Below, in pieces: positions 11,723 through 24,192 of a stretch of 64,000 nucleotides of DNA (within the stretch, counting starts at the first letter, position 1; each line of letters begins with the position of its first letter). The position numbers and the translations under genes were made by a program. The notes beneath the pieces were generated by a model that was not told the DNA's origin, made no database searches, and saw only the letters and a list, made by a program, of their open reading frames with translations. The stretch lies in contig CBFFRP010000146.1 of assembly GCA_965644295.1 (NCBI GenBank), forward strand, positions 1-64,000, given 5' to 3'. Source of the DNA: Paraphysomonas bandaiensis. Lineage: Eukaryota > Protista > Chrysophyceae.

Positions 11723-11733
11723 TTGAGTGGGAG
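11723..11733 (+). other. Polypurine tract TTGAGTGGGAG
   Basis: Purine-rich run abutting the 3' LTR, typical of copia (TGAGGGGGAG-like). Confidence 0.8.
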
Positions 11734-12026
11734 TATTAGAATATGGACTGTATCCTAGTATATTCAATGTGGTACTTGAAGACAATGTACGAGAATACAG
11801 TGAAGTATGGTGATGTGTAGATGCTGTTATGATATTGAGAAAACTGAAATAGTTTGCTCTTTCAAGATATGTTTAGTAGCGAAAGGTCTACAGAAGTAGT
11901 GATTTATGCATGGCACAAAACGAGCTTGTGTTGTTTAACACAATTTGTGTAAACGATATTAATAAATCTATCTAGTCTAACAACTTAATCTCTCTTTGAT
12001 CTAAGTAAAATGAGCATTTCCCAACA
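11734..12026 (+). repeat. 3' LTR
   Basis: Duplicate of 6572-6864, followed by the TSD AAAAT. Confidence 0.95.
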
Positions 12027-12246
12027 AAAATAAACAGTAGTAGTATATTAAAAATGAAAAACTGATACATGTAGATGTGTGGTGCTTATTTATAGATAAT
12101 ACGACGGAAAACATGAGATGTGAGGACTTGCTCGCATTGCATTACACTAGTCGACGAATAATACATTATTTTATGTTCTAGATACACTATATTCAATGAA
12201 CACTTCTCCAGACACTATTTAAAAGGCATCTATGTATGCAAAAAGT

Positions 12247-15200
12247 CTATCCAAAAAATGAAAATATATTACGAGACTTCGAGTTCCTGCTATCATCATC
12301 TCTATACACCATCAATACTTCATGGCTGTAGTAAATATCTTCGTACTGTCCTCGACCTAGTAAAGATTTTATTATTCTCTGGTCGCGATCAAACAAACTT
12401 TCCCGTCGTGGATCAAATGACATGAACTGCGACGTGCTATACTTGATACTATCCCATTGGAATATTACTCCGCCTAGAGTCAGCGTGTTCACACTGAACG
12501 CTGCAGAGTCGATAAGTGAGGAATGAGGATTCCGCGCATGTTCATTGGATAACTCCTCTGCTGTCAGTGACAGCTGTTCAGGACTTCCTTCAAACGGAAC
12601 GAAACCCCATGCATATGCGGGCTATTCAAGGAAATGTGAGATCAGTACCAGGGAATACATTGCCGGATAATACCTTTGTGTTACCCAGGATCTTCTCAAA
12701 TATCTTCGTCATCCATGTCTACAACAAATACATTAAATATCACTAAGTATTGATCGGCACACGCACCGAGTAGTAGCCATAATTATTCGTTTCAGTAATC
12801 ATTATCCAGTCACATTCATCCTGACAAAAAGATTAAGTAAGCACATACTGCAACAATAACATCATGCCTTTGATTTAAAGTAATACAGAAACTGATCAAT
12901 ATCATCCTCACTGTCCAACTCTCTCCTATTCGAATTATAAAACGGATCGTAGAATAACGATACTTTAGCTCCATCAGACTTCCTTTGGCTGGTTAAGTTA
13001 ACTATGCCTCGTAGTACTTCTGTATACTGGGATGACGCTGTATGTGGGCGAAGGATGTACAGGTTAAGATAGAAACTCTGTTGGAGTGGAGACAATGAAT
13101 ACTGCTGCAGCATATCTACTATAAATTTTTCGAGGACTTGCTCATAGCCTACAACAACAATCACAAAATTGCATAATCAAAGCCAGTATATACCCCTTGC
13201 TGTGCGTAGACCAATACACACGGACTGACGACTTCGTTTCCCAGATATAACGTACTGCGTATCACTTACACGCATCCCTTGAGTACTTCTTGAATCTAAA
13301 TTCTGATAGACACCTGCGCGCTGTGTCAGAACAAATAACAACCAATAATAAAATATATACCGGACAGTATACTGTCAAGTTCCATAGCTCTCGCCGCATA
13401 CGTATGATATTTTGTAACAGCTCTCCGCAGTTTATTTGCTAAAAGATATCTTTTGTTCTCATTCGTCAGATAATTCCTTATGACGGAAGCTGATTCTGTC
13501 ATTCAGATTTTCAATGTGGTATTGACTAAAAAATACTTTGTACAATACCTGTGAGTGTTGAATATGTGGGCAGAATGCTTTGAAAGACTTCAGCGTTTCC
13601 TAACAAACCTGAAACATGGTTTAACAATTCGAAGCGAAATTTGATACCCACACCATTGGTTATGACAAGCGTGTTACATGCAAGAGCGTCGAGAAGGCCA
13701 GAAGTCACTCCAAGACTAACACTTTTTCCCGAGAGTATTTCAACAACCAATTTTGTAGACCGATATATCTACATATATTTAGAGGCAATAATATGAGAAA
13801 AATATCCCATACCTTAGGTATGTCTTCTGTCGTAATAGTCTTCGCCACAGCATTAGAACCAGCATGGGCAGGCTGCAGGGGCTGGAATCAAAATTACCAA
13901 ACTGCTTGTAATCAGTGCCAATGTATACGTACCATCCATTTATTTCTTGCCACGATAGCACCCTTGTAATTATCCACTAGTATTTGAGAATGAGTTGAAT
14001 TTTCTCTCTCACTTTTGTGCCATTGTTCTGCAAACATGGTTATAAACAACTTAAACGACTTCAACCACTACCAATAAAAATGTAGTCAGCTGAAAACGTA
14101 TCCGAAGGGGCATTTGGAGTAAATCGTGTTCTTTCTGTAGCATGCCGAAATAGACGTACTGCAAAACGCACTGTAAATTAAGCAAGGGAAACTATTTAAC
14201 ATAGGCACCTATTACAGGGCTGCGTCTCTGTGCGTATTGAAGCAATGGGGGGCATCGAATACCACAGAACATAGGAAAATCTGTATGGTTTGTTTGTCAC
14301 ATCGGCCATCCAGATAGGTCAACAAAAAATACCTTTAAAAGATTGTAGATACTTAACAGCTCCAAGAGATGGGGCCAGTACAATATCATAATTGCCAATA
14401 TATTTCCGAGATAGCCACCTGTCCAAATTATTTCTGATCCATGCAATTGCTATCAACGACGGCTGGGCATGCTGAACCTACACAGCGCATATAACGCACA
14501 CACCGAAACACGATATGAAAATAACCTTATATATTTCATAAGCGTCCACAAAAGAGATCAGATAGTCTACATCTCGAAGATCATACCAGTCCGACCCCTT
14601 TTTAAATTCAATGGTTACTTAAAAAGATATGCAGCACGATTTCGTACCTTATATAGATACTTGACATAAACATTGAATCTAGTCGCAAGGCGTCGAGAAA
14701 GAGCCACAGCGGCAGTAGTATCAGAGGACAGAAGCGACTTGTCGTTCCGTGGAAGAGCGAATGCGATAACCTTGATCTTCTGGCTGTGAGGAGTGTACAT
14801 CACCATACTGGGAAGTGTGAGCTTTACGTCGTAGTCTTTGTACGGGGATTGATACTTGTCTAATACACTACTACGAAGAGAATCTACAAGCTCTGGGTGA
14901 TAATGAGAAAGATCATTCCGAGTTTCATTCCTTGAGCCGATAACAAAGTTTGACGCCTAATGAAGCACCTAATTTACGGGTAACTTGTAACATGATTTTT
15001 TCTCACCTTTACAGTCACACTCTTGTAATGATACACGAATGCATAGCGGCATATTTTTGGAAATAAGTCATTTTTTATCATCCTCAACATTAGACTGTCT
15101 TCTTGAGCAACCTGAATAATATATAATTAATGACACAAGTAGAGCGCAATCTCATTACGGACCATAATGTCACCAGGATCGAACAGGTTTTCTTCATCAT

Positions 15201-16343
15201 AAGCAGACGGAGAAATTAACTCCATATTCACTGCGAAAAAAAAACCGTTGAACTTTACAGAGTTCCTCCACATAGATTTGATTAAAGGCCGCCTCCCAGC
15301 TATAAATTACTAATAAATAATATATCCAGCAAACTTTTATGGACTAACCTGTGGATGCACGCAAACCAGTTAAAATATTTTGTACAATTTGAAAGTTCGC
15401 GGCGTTATTGACAAACTGCATCTGACGTGGATTGAGGCTATAAGATAGTGCGATACTCTATGCCAATGTAGACACTATTAATGGAGACTTGAGAAGGCCA
15501 CAAATATATACCTGCGTGGGATTATGACCTGCCCCCCTCTTTGTTGTTAGAGGTACTACTAGCGGTTCGTACAACAGACTCTGCCTAGTGATATCAATCG
15601 TGCCGTGAGGTACCAGTACATCGTTGTTAGAAAACACGACGTAGCGATATCGTAATAGCTTTGCAATCCTATATAGACGCGTTAACCACATATTTATACG
15701 GATGAGAGTTTACCTGTAGCCAATATTCCATGAGTGCGTTAAGCCCTGGGCAGTGTCCTTGCTAACCACAGAAAACCCCTGGACATCCTTTTACTAGATC
15801 ATATGTGCATCAAAAATAACATACTTTTTTCATAAGATAGCCAGGTGTTCCATCAACAGAGTGGTCATCCACAACAAGAATGTCAAAGGAGTCTGGAGCA
15901 TGTTTCAGGGTCTGCAGCGATTGTGCTGTCATGTCCAGATGATTGCAGGTGGTGAACACTAGGAGTGTGTCACTGTGCTTATTCTTTTCTCTATCTAAAG
16001 TTTGGCACACAGTAGAACACTGGGTTGAGGACCCATCACTAAAAGAAAATCCGGATTCTCCCGTATATAAATTGGATATATCTGCAATGGGGTAATCAGT
16101 GAGAAGTTGCTGTTCTTGGTCTCCAAACACATCACATTGGGCTAAATTACATCGAATTAATGCACCATTTACTTCCATGACATACACCAAATGCTCGTGA
16201 TCCACATATATTCCATGCTGACTACGTAACATGTCACGATTAAACAACGAGTCGAAGTAGGCTTGATTGGATGCAGAGCCAAAATGTCCAATCAGAGAGC
16301 TTGCCACTAATATACTTGCCAACACACGAGTCAACTGCCACAT
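12247..16343 (-). CDS. Multi-exon multi-domain glycosyltransferase: signal peptide, GT2, CgeB/Glyco_trans_1_2-like domain, second GT-A-like domain
   Basis: DILVVDDHSVDGT, GLTHSWNIGY, VVFSNNDVLV, FVYHYKS (GT2). GSDWYDLRDVDYLI, IAWIRNNLDRWL, IPK|IYRSTKLVVE, LLDALACNTLVITN (CgeB-like). DECDWIMIT near the C-terminus. Many ~45-55 nt introns, including GC-AG 12821-12867. Confidence 0.8.
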
Positions 16344-17155
16344 ATTGAGACCAGATAGGAGTGCTTAAATACGAATGATATGTAAATACATGTGCATTAG
16401 TGAGGAGTGATGGAACGATCAGCTGGTTGTTGATTAGCAGTTAATAGTATGGTACAGAGAGTGTGTAGTGATGTCCCTCTGCAACACTGTCCTGAACTAA
16501 CATGGCAGGTGCAACATAGGGGAGTTAAAGAGTATGTATGTAAGGAGCAGATGAGATGGATAATATCAAGAAGTCTATTCTATTAATATTATTGCAAGCA
16601 TATCATGCATACCATACCATACCATACCATACAGTTATAATGCTGCATACAACATGTGTACACTACACTACACTGCACTACACTGCACTACACTCCATGC
16701 TACGGTGGACCCCCGCTATTCACCATATGTATGTATCTGTTTATTTCTGTACCTCACTACCATATATGCAGTCACTAGGTACACTATGGGACAGTATGGA
16801 CTGAGTCAAAAAAAGAAGAAGCCAAGCAACTCAGAAGCGAAGAATATTTTGCTCTATCATTCTTCTGTGCGTAGGGATCTATACATACATCTACATTACG
16901 CTGCCCGCCTGTGTCTCTTCAGATATGTATACGTATATATGTATATGTCCCGTCCATATTCAAGAAGATAGGAGCTATAAACTAACTACACAGACACTAA
17001 CATACTTACTGAACACTATAAGCTATAACTTATGGTCAATCTCATCTAGACGTTGCTATCTGACCCCCTCCATACATCTGAAGCCTTCTCTCATCACTTG
17101 CTTAGATATCAATCTTTAAATATCGAAACTCCAAGAGATTATTAAACAGAACCAT

Positions 17156-19123
17156 ATGGACGAAGAAACGAGGAGCTCTTGCTTTTTCTATAACATCTTA
17201 CGAGAGGCAGCGTCCTCTGAGCTCTCTGATCTTAAAGCCACGAAACTAAAAGTATTGGGATTTGCTATATCTACAGTTGGAGTGTATCACTCCATTCATC
17301 GTCAAAGATATGATGATGTTATAAACCATGCTCTACGTGAACTAATAGAGTCTTTCACTGAACGCAGTGAAGAGGATGTCAATTGGCTACCTCTTCATTG
17401 GGCTGCTGCATGTAATATAATTTCACCAGAAGACATCGATTTGTTACTTGTAGATGATCCAAATTCTGTCAGAAATCTCTGTGTTGGCAGAAATCGATGC
17501 AACTTACTTCCAATTCACCTCTTGGCTGCGACGGCAAGACCTAGTATTGAGATCGCGGAGAAACTGGTAGCGGCATATCCCTTCTCTGCGATGCAGTGGA
17601 GTGGGGACGGATTCCTTCCACTACATTTTGCGGCACGATATAGCACATCCGTACCGTTTGTTCAGTTTTTAATACAGAACAACGAACGAGCTATCACTCA
17701 GCGTACACAACGCTGTGGAACTTGTCTCCATTTGGCCGTAAAAAACAATTGCCGTGCAGTGTTGCAATGTATTCTGCACACATACCCTGATGCCGTCAAT
17801 GAACCACTGAAAGCGGATATGGTGAATGGGGCAGGGTTACGCGACACGCCATTTCACTTGGCGATTAAGCACTGCAATTTATTTGCAGTGGAAGAGATGC
17901 TGAAGGTATCACCTGGTCTAACCCGTCAGGTGCATGAGGGAAGCCAGGAATATCCTCTTCACTACGCTGCCCGTTGTTCGTCTAGAGCAATTGTGATGGC
18001 TTTGTTGGTGGCGGATGGGGAGGTAATGCGTATTCCGTCTGGAGTACTGCATGTACATCCACTTCACTGTGCTGTGGCCAATTGGGATGTGACTGTACTT
18101 GAATGCATCTTGGACACTCTTCCACCTGCTTTCGAAGAGGACAAAGATAATGAGACAGCAGGAGCAGAAGAGTTTACAGACCCACTTTTGGACGCACGTG
18201 GTCAGCATCCGATTCACACCTTAGTCAGGAGTGAGCACCTCAATACCACACGACTTCACCTTTTTCTTAAAAAGTTTCCTCGTGCATTGTGCAAGGCAGA
18301 TAGAGATGGTAACCTTCCACTTCATTCCTTTTTCGAGGCCTCTCGACTTGCAGAATTTAACGCATTTCCTCACACCTCTGAAAAAGGGCCTGCTAGTATG
18401 CAACCACATACGGAGGTCCCCCCGTGGACGATACGAGGTGACGAGTTCACTGACATTGGCAAACAGAGATTTGCTGCCTTCGAGCTCATCTTGCGTTTGT
18501 ACCCCGCGGCTACAGCGGTGCGAAACAACCGAAATGAGCTACCACTGCACCGTTTCTGCTTTGCTGCCGACTCTGCTTTGGGCTTTAGTAATGCAGCTGG
18601 ATCCAGTAGTCCAGCCAGGCGGAAAAGTATATCCCAAGGAGCCGTTGTTGAAATGATGCGTTTGGTATTGACTCAGACGAAACTTCACTGTGATAATACC
18701 GCATTCGCATCTAACAATGTCGACAATGAGAATGCTTATGAACTCCTTACCCGGCATGAAAGTCTATACACCAGTATAAATGATGGTGACATGGCTATTT
18801 CCAGTACCGTTAGTGGGGATTGTAACTGTTGCCCTCCTGGTGGAGAAGGGCATCAAATGTGTACACGTAACACTCTTAAGCGACTCTTGCTGATGGCGTA
18901 TCCTGGGTTCGATGAGCAGCTTCTACGAAATTTGAACTATAGGGCTCGAAGAATGGCTCTCTTCCTTGGGTTTTGTGCTGTAAGGATGTATTTGCATTGT
19001 TACACCTGATCTAATTTTCTTCTCATTTAGGGTACCCTAAATTCGAAGCGAGTGAATATTTTCGCCCGCCTCAGAAAGGTCAGTGAAGGAGAAATATTTG
19101 CCACGGTAGTTTCTTACCTCTAG
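17156..19123 (+). CDS. Ankyrin-repeat protein (2 exons)
   Basis: Repeated LPLHWAAA / LPIHLLAA / LPLHFAAR / TPFHLAI / YPLHYAAR. Short last exon after intron ~18980-19030 ends ...NIFARLR...IFATVVSYL*. Confidence 0.9.
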
Positions 19124-19476
19124 CTCTATGTTCTCGGCTGGGTATCGAAAAAAATGAATGGACGATATGCCACCTCTGAGGTGGTAGTTGGTGCTATTAG
19201 ACTGTCGTGCCATTTTTGTACACAATGTATTATTTTCCCACTTTGCCCCGTTACCTATGTATTGAATCAATAAAAATATTGTCTCATCTATTATCATATC
19301 TTCATGTTTTCGATAATTTAATAAGTGCGTATCGTTTATATTTTTATTAAAAATACTTCTTTAGGATGATCTATTGACCTTTGCGTAATTATAGGACATA
19401 TATATCGACAAAATTTCTTAATATACAATATGAAACACCTATTGCAATGGCACATGATCACTATTACATTTACAGA

Positions 19477-20391
19477 CTAGCATTGTGAACAGCAATGCGG
19501 TTTTTTGGGTGCCTCCACGCATTTGTCGGCATTATATAATTCTAAAAAGTTAGGCTGCATTGTATCCTTCACCATATTACATACTTCTTCGAAATTTTCA
19601 ATGGAATCACATAGCATATGTGGCGAGGCTTTCTGAAGACTGGTGGGACGTTCAGCTCTTTCCGTGATGTCAATAGACAGAAACGGTCCAACTCTAGTTT
19701 TCAATACTTCAGACACATTAGAAGTCATATCCTCATAACTAACTACGAGAAACTTGGAAGGATATTTTTTACTCAACTCAATATTGCTGCCATGCTTTCG
19801 GAAATAATACATGGCCAAATCTCTAAGAATTTGTGGCTTCACGAAGCATTTATGTTCCTTAAATTTTCTGATTTCATCTTGAGATTCGTTCTTTTCAACT
19901 TTAATTCTTAGAGCAAACTGTCCCAATCCACAATACTTTCTTCGATATGTTGCAACGCTCTGTTTGAATATATTTCTTTCAAGTATAATAAATTTTGTAT
20001 CTTTAAACCTATGAGATTGTATTATTTTTTTCAGATGTGTCCCATCAAGACGCGCTTTTAATCCGAAAACTCTTTCTGATCCACTGCATTTATCAATATG
20101 TTCCCAACTATCAACATACGGTGCAATTGCTTCTCTATATTGTCTGAAACTAACGTGATTTTCTATATGTAATAATTTATGTAATATATCTTCTGTTTGT
20201 TTTCCAGTATTACTCAATGGTTCATACCCTACCACACATACACTCTTGAACTGTGATAAGATCTCTATTAGGAAGGAACTGCCCTGTGAGCCTTGAAATA
20301 ATACTATGAAATTAGAGTATACAGGACTGCTTGTTGAGTATATGGAACACAGGAATACAGTGAGTAATTGAAATAGGAAGATGAAGTTCAT
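19477..20391 (-). CDS. Intronless sulfotransferase (Stf0/Sulfotransfer_3-like) with N-terminal signal/anchor
   Basis: First ATG gives MNFIFLFQLL.... Motifs FIVLFQGSQGSSFL (5'-PSB-like), GYEPL, VFGLK, FIILERNIFKQSVA (3'-PB-like), VVSYEDM, SIENFEEV. Confidence 0.75.
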   Translation of the reverse strand: MNFIFLFQLLTVFLCSIYSTSSPVYSNFIVLFQGSQGSSFLIEILSQFKSVCVVGYEPLSNTGKQTEDILHKLLHIENHVSFRQYREAIAPYVDSWEHIDKCSGSERVFGLKARLDGTHLKKIIQSHRFKDTKFIILERNIFKQSVATYRRKYCGLGQFALRIKVEKNESQDEIRKFKEHKCFVKPQILRDLAMYYFRKHGSNIELSKKYPSKFLVVSYEDMTSNVSEVLKTRVGPFLSIDITERAERPTSLQKASPHMLCDSIENFEEVCNMVKDTMQPNFLELYNADKCVEAPKKPHCCSQC

Positions 20392-20519
20392 CAGAGAGAC
20401 GATTAGAGGCAATCAGTCACCTCTTTCTCTAATATTATTATGCTGCAGTGAGTTTATTGTTTAAGGTGTTTACATCCAACTGCTACATATACCTGTTGTA
20501 TCTATATACTGATGTACTG

Positions 20520-20596
20520 TACCTACCTACGTACCTACATACATACATACATATACATACATACATACATACATACATACATACATACATACATAC

Positions 20597-20627
<31 letters not shown>

Positions 20628-20913
20628 CATACATACATACATACATACATACATACATACATACATACATACATACATACATACATACATACATACATAC
20701 ATACATACATACATACATACATACATACATACATACATACATACATACATACATACATACATACATACATACATACATACATACATACATACATACATAC
20801 ATACATACATACATACATACATACATACATACAGACATACAAACATACATACATACATACATACAGACATGTACATTGTACATACCTACGAACCTACCTA
20901 CACACATACATAC
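20520..20913. repeat. (CATA)n/(TATG)n microsatellite, near-pure ~20538-20833 with degenerate edges
   Basis: Direct reading. A few interruptions (atatac, acttac, agac, aaac). Confidence 0.98.
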
Positions 20914-20996
20914 GCTGTACACGTAGAATACACACGCAAGCAGTGTTCTTGACCATATACACAGAGCAGCAGTATGGTGTACAGCTCTAGCTATAT

Positions 20997-22135
20997 ATGC
21001 AGCAGGTAGGGAGTGTATGCTGTCATAGTAATTAATCTTCTCCTCATCTAACCATACTATACACTTCATCATACAAATCACTCTCTAACAGATGCGCTCT
21101 ATAGCCAAGAGATCATTCTCCAACTATCTAACTACAGTAGTTAATATGTTAGCTCGTCCTACTATGAAGTTTGATCCCTTCACTCTTTACGACGCCACAT
21201 CACCTGAGAATAAATACTGGGACGATGATTGGGAGTGTTCTTCTGATGCAGTGTATGACGGACCCTCTATATCAGAATTAATGTATGAAGCTGATGAGAA
21301 GGGGGATGATTTACCATATCTTCGATTTCAAGGGACAATGGATATGACCCGTAAGAAAGCATTAGAACTTGGTGTGACGGGTGGATTCTGTGCTATGAAA
21401 GGTGATGTTGATACTACAACTCAGTTGAAGGGATACAAAGGCTTGGAGATGATATATAGGAGTGGAACAAAGACGGCATGTGCGATTAATTTAACAATGG
21501 AAAATATGTCAGAGGAAGATGTTTTTCAGGTATCATGCGTGTATCCAGTACCTTACAGTGTTGTATTTACTCATAGAATACCATGATGTATTTGGTCTAA
21601 ATCTTATTTTTATTTACTTGTCAGACGAAGTTGGTCTTGATGAAAACCGAAGGCTGGACTAAGATGCATATACCCTTGGACAATTTCAGGTGGAAATATT
21701 GTGGCTCTTGTATGTATGATTTACTTTTTATCTATTTGTTCATATAACGTACAACTAAGTTACTCTGAACTAAGTCATTTCTTTTTCTTTCCGCTTACCT
21801 ACTCGTGCCAGGCTTACACTGATGGGGCAGCTACGACAAGGTCAAGGTCCATTGGACGAATGCAACATAGAGACATTTGGAATGATCATTACGAGTCATC
21901 GCGGTAATCAAATTTAGTGTGGTGGTGTTGGTGCATGATTATATCAATGGACTTCCACGTATATGTTATGAAATGCACCTGCATATTTGTTGCGTAATGC
22001 TTTGCATCAGGCCCCTTTCGTATTGATATTCATAAGGTCACAGTTATTCCTGAAGTTGACAGTGAATATACTGTACAAAGTTCCTATACTAGACCGAGTT
22101 TTCTTCGACTTCCCCAAGCGAGGAGTTTCCGATAG
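20997..22135 (+). CDS. CIA30/NDUFAF1-family complex I assembly protein (multi-exon; start at 20997 via intron 21006-21091, or at 21092)
   Basis: Mitochondrial-presequence-like MRSIAKRSFS; FQGTMD, GGFCAMKG, LKGYKGLEM, GWTKMHIPLDNF, GPFRIDIHKV. Confidence 0.75.
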
Positions 22136-22959
22136 ATTTAGTAATAAACAGTGTATGTATATTATCAGTATTGACTGATGTTTTAAATGCAATATTACGA
22201 TTAAATTACTGGAATATCTTAGCGCTTTAGCACGAGTGATATCGTGCTTACAGTAGGTTTTTGTGGAATCATAGCGTAAAAGCTTAAATGTATGATTGTA
22301 GAATATAGATAAAGCGGATATAGAATACTGAATATTGTATTGATATCATTGTATCTAGATGTACTCTCCGTCCATTTTTTAGGATCTCGAGTGCAGATGC
22401 TGCTTACAGAGTAGAAATAGAATTTCATCCCCATCTTGTATCAAAATAGTTTTTCCCAGAATTGGATTCAACTCCGAGAAAATATAGACGGTTCGAATAG
22501 AAACTATCTTCTATCTTGATTGTCAGATATTTGTGTTTAGTTTGGCTGTTTGTGAGCAATTAGAAGCTGTTGTGTTAAGACATTGATATTATATCCAGTA
22601 CTCAAAGAATACCGTAACGGTTATGATATTATTATGATAGCAATTATAGCAGTGAAGCGATATAAATCGACGGCACTGTTGTTCTACTTTCAAATGTTGA
22701 TAATTTGTATGTAATTTCAATATATTACACTATATTAGATTGTAGGGAAACCACAATGATGAGTTAACTTTCAAAAGCACCGCATCAAACATTTCAAGTT
22801 ATTTTCCATCTTTTGTCTGATGTAGAACATCATAATGGCGTCAGTGCAAGTGATCTATCATCATAACCAGAACTTCGAAAACAACACTGCAAGATCAGCT
22901 AGAAAATATGAAAATAAATATATTATATTTAAGTTAGTCATTTCCATACAACAATACTA

Positions 22960-23520
22960 CTTATACTTGACTTGAAGGGCCTTCATCGACAATAGCAACA
23001 CCAGTCATGTCCACTGCAGCCTTAAACTCCTCCGTCGATACACCAGGTACGATCCTTTTGCCTCAAAAACGTTTTCTCTGTCCTCAACTTTCAGGCCTGG
23101 GGGCAGTAGTATATGTACAGAGGAGTGAATAGCAATAAGCCCCGATGACAAATAATAAAAGAGACCCCCTGAAATCTACTTGCTGTTTAAAAACTGGAAG
23201 AAGAATGGGGAGAGTATAACCAGTGCAGCGGGAGGGATCATCTCGTCAAGTGCAGGTCCTGCGACCATGGAAACACAAGTTTTGTGGTCGGCGTTAGCAT
23301 CAGGACGACCTTCACGAACACCTGAACTTGTATTCAACTGACGGCGGACCTCAACCACCACTTTCATACCAATAAATCCTCACATAGCTCAGGTAAAGCA
23401 ACCTTAAGTACGTGTACTCCTTCAACTCAAACGCCTGAGCCACTGCACCAATAGCTTGCGATGGCTGTTCAGACACTGAACCATAAGCAACACGCAGCTG
23501 TTATAGGCCCCAATAGTCGA
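22960..23520 (-). pseudogene. Decayed fragment of membrane H+-translocating pyrophosphatase (V-PPase)
   Basis: WFSV*...AIGAVAQ, then VVVEVRRQLNTSSGVREGRPDANADHKTCVSMVAGPALDEMIPPAALVILSP, then KGS...KAAV...GPS. These match H+-PPase C-terminal motifs (WFSAMTM..VG.AA..MV.EVRRQF...G..EG...PDY..CV.I...A..EMI.PG.LV...P), with stops and frameshifts. Confidence 0.75.
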
Positions 23521-24192
23521 ACACACAGTTGAATAGTGTAACTTGTGATTGATTATTTTGTTATCTCCAGCCATGCAATAAAGGAAACGGTGTTTAATAT
23601 CATATAATGGATATGCATGCATTGATGCTAATGATACAGATGAGTATCCTACTGGTGTGTATGTACAGTGTACTTAGCATGTACCCCAGTACTTGTACAA
23701 CTACACGTACAGAGTACCGGTACTGCTGTACAAGGAGTCTGTAAAATTGTTAAGGACAAAAATTGTAAATTTGAAATTTGTTCATAATAAAAAGCAGTAG
23801 GACTCTGATTCAATGTGGGGGGGTTCTATGCGGGCATAGGATCGTATTTCGAGTGGGTTGAACTGATGGATTGGTGTACGAAAAATTTACCTACTCTATA
23901 CAGTAGTAGGATATCGTATACTGTACAGTCGTACTATGGGCAAACTACAGTATGATATCATATGTAGGACTGACTGTACTGTAATGTATAGAAAGGGGCG
24001 TAGAGGTGTCTAAATGTCCATATATTCCCAATTCAGTTCTGAACTGACTAGACAACACCCTCCTCAACACTCCGTCATCCCACACGTAAATGTCCATCAC
24101 AGAGGGATAATTATCACCAATATTTGTAATTAAACATACAGTATCTACCCTCATTCAGCTGCCGTATCTCTCATGTAGTTAATTCATCAGAG

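Larger units (their letters stand above)
6572..12026 (+). mobile_element. Intact Ty1/copia LTR retrotransposon (5455 bp), TSD AAAAT
   Basis: Two 293-bp LTRs that look identical, AAAAT at 6567-6571 and 12027-12031, PBS after the 5' LTR, PPT before the 3' LTR, single gag-pol ORF in order gag-PR-IN-RT-RH. Confidence 0.97.
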
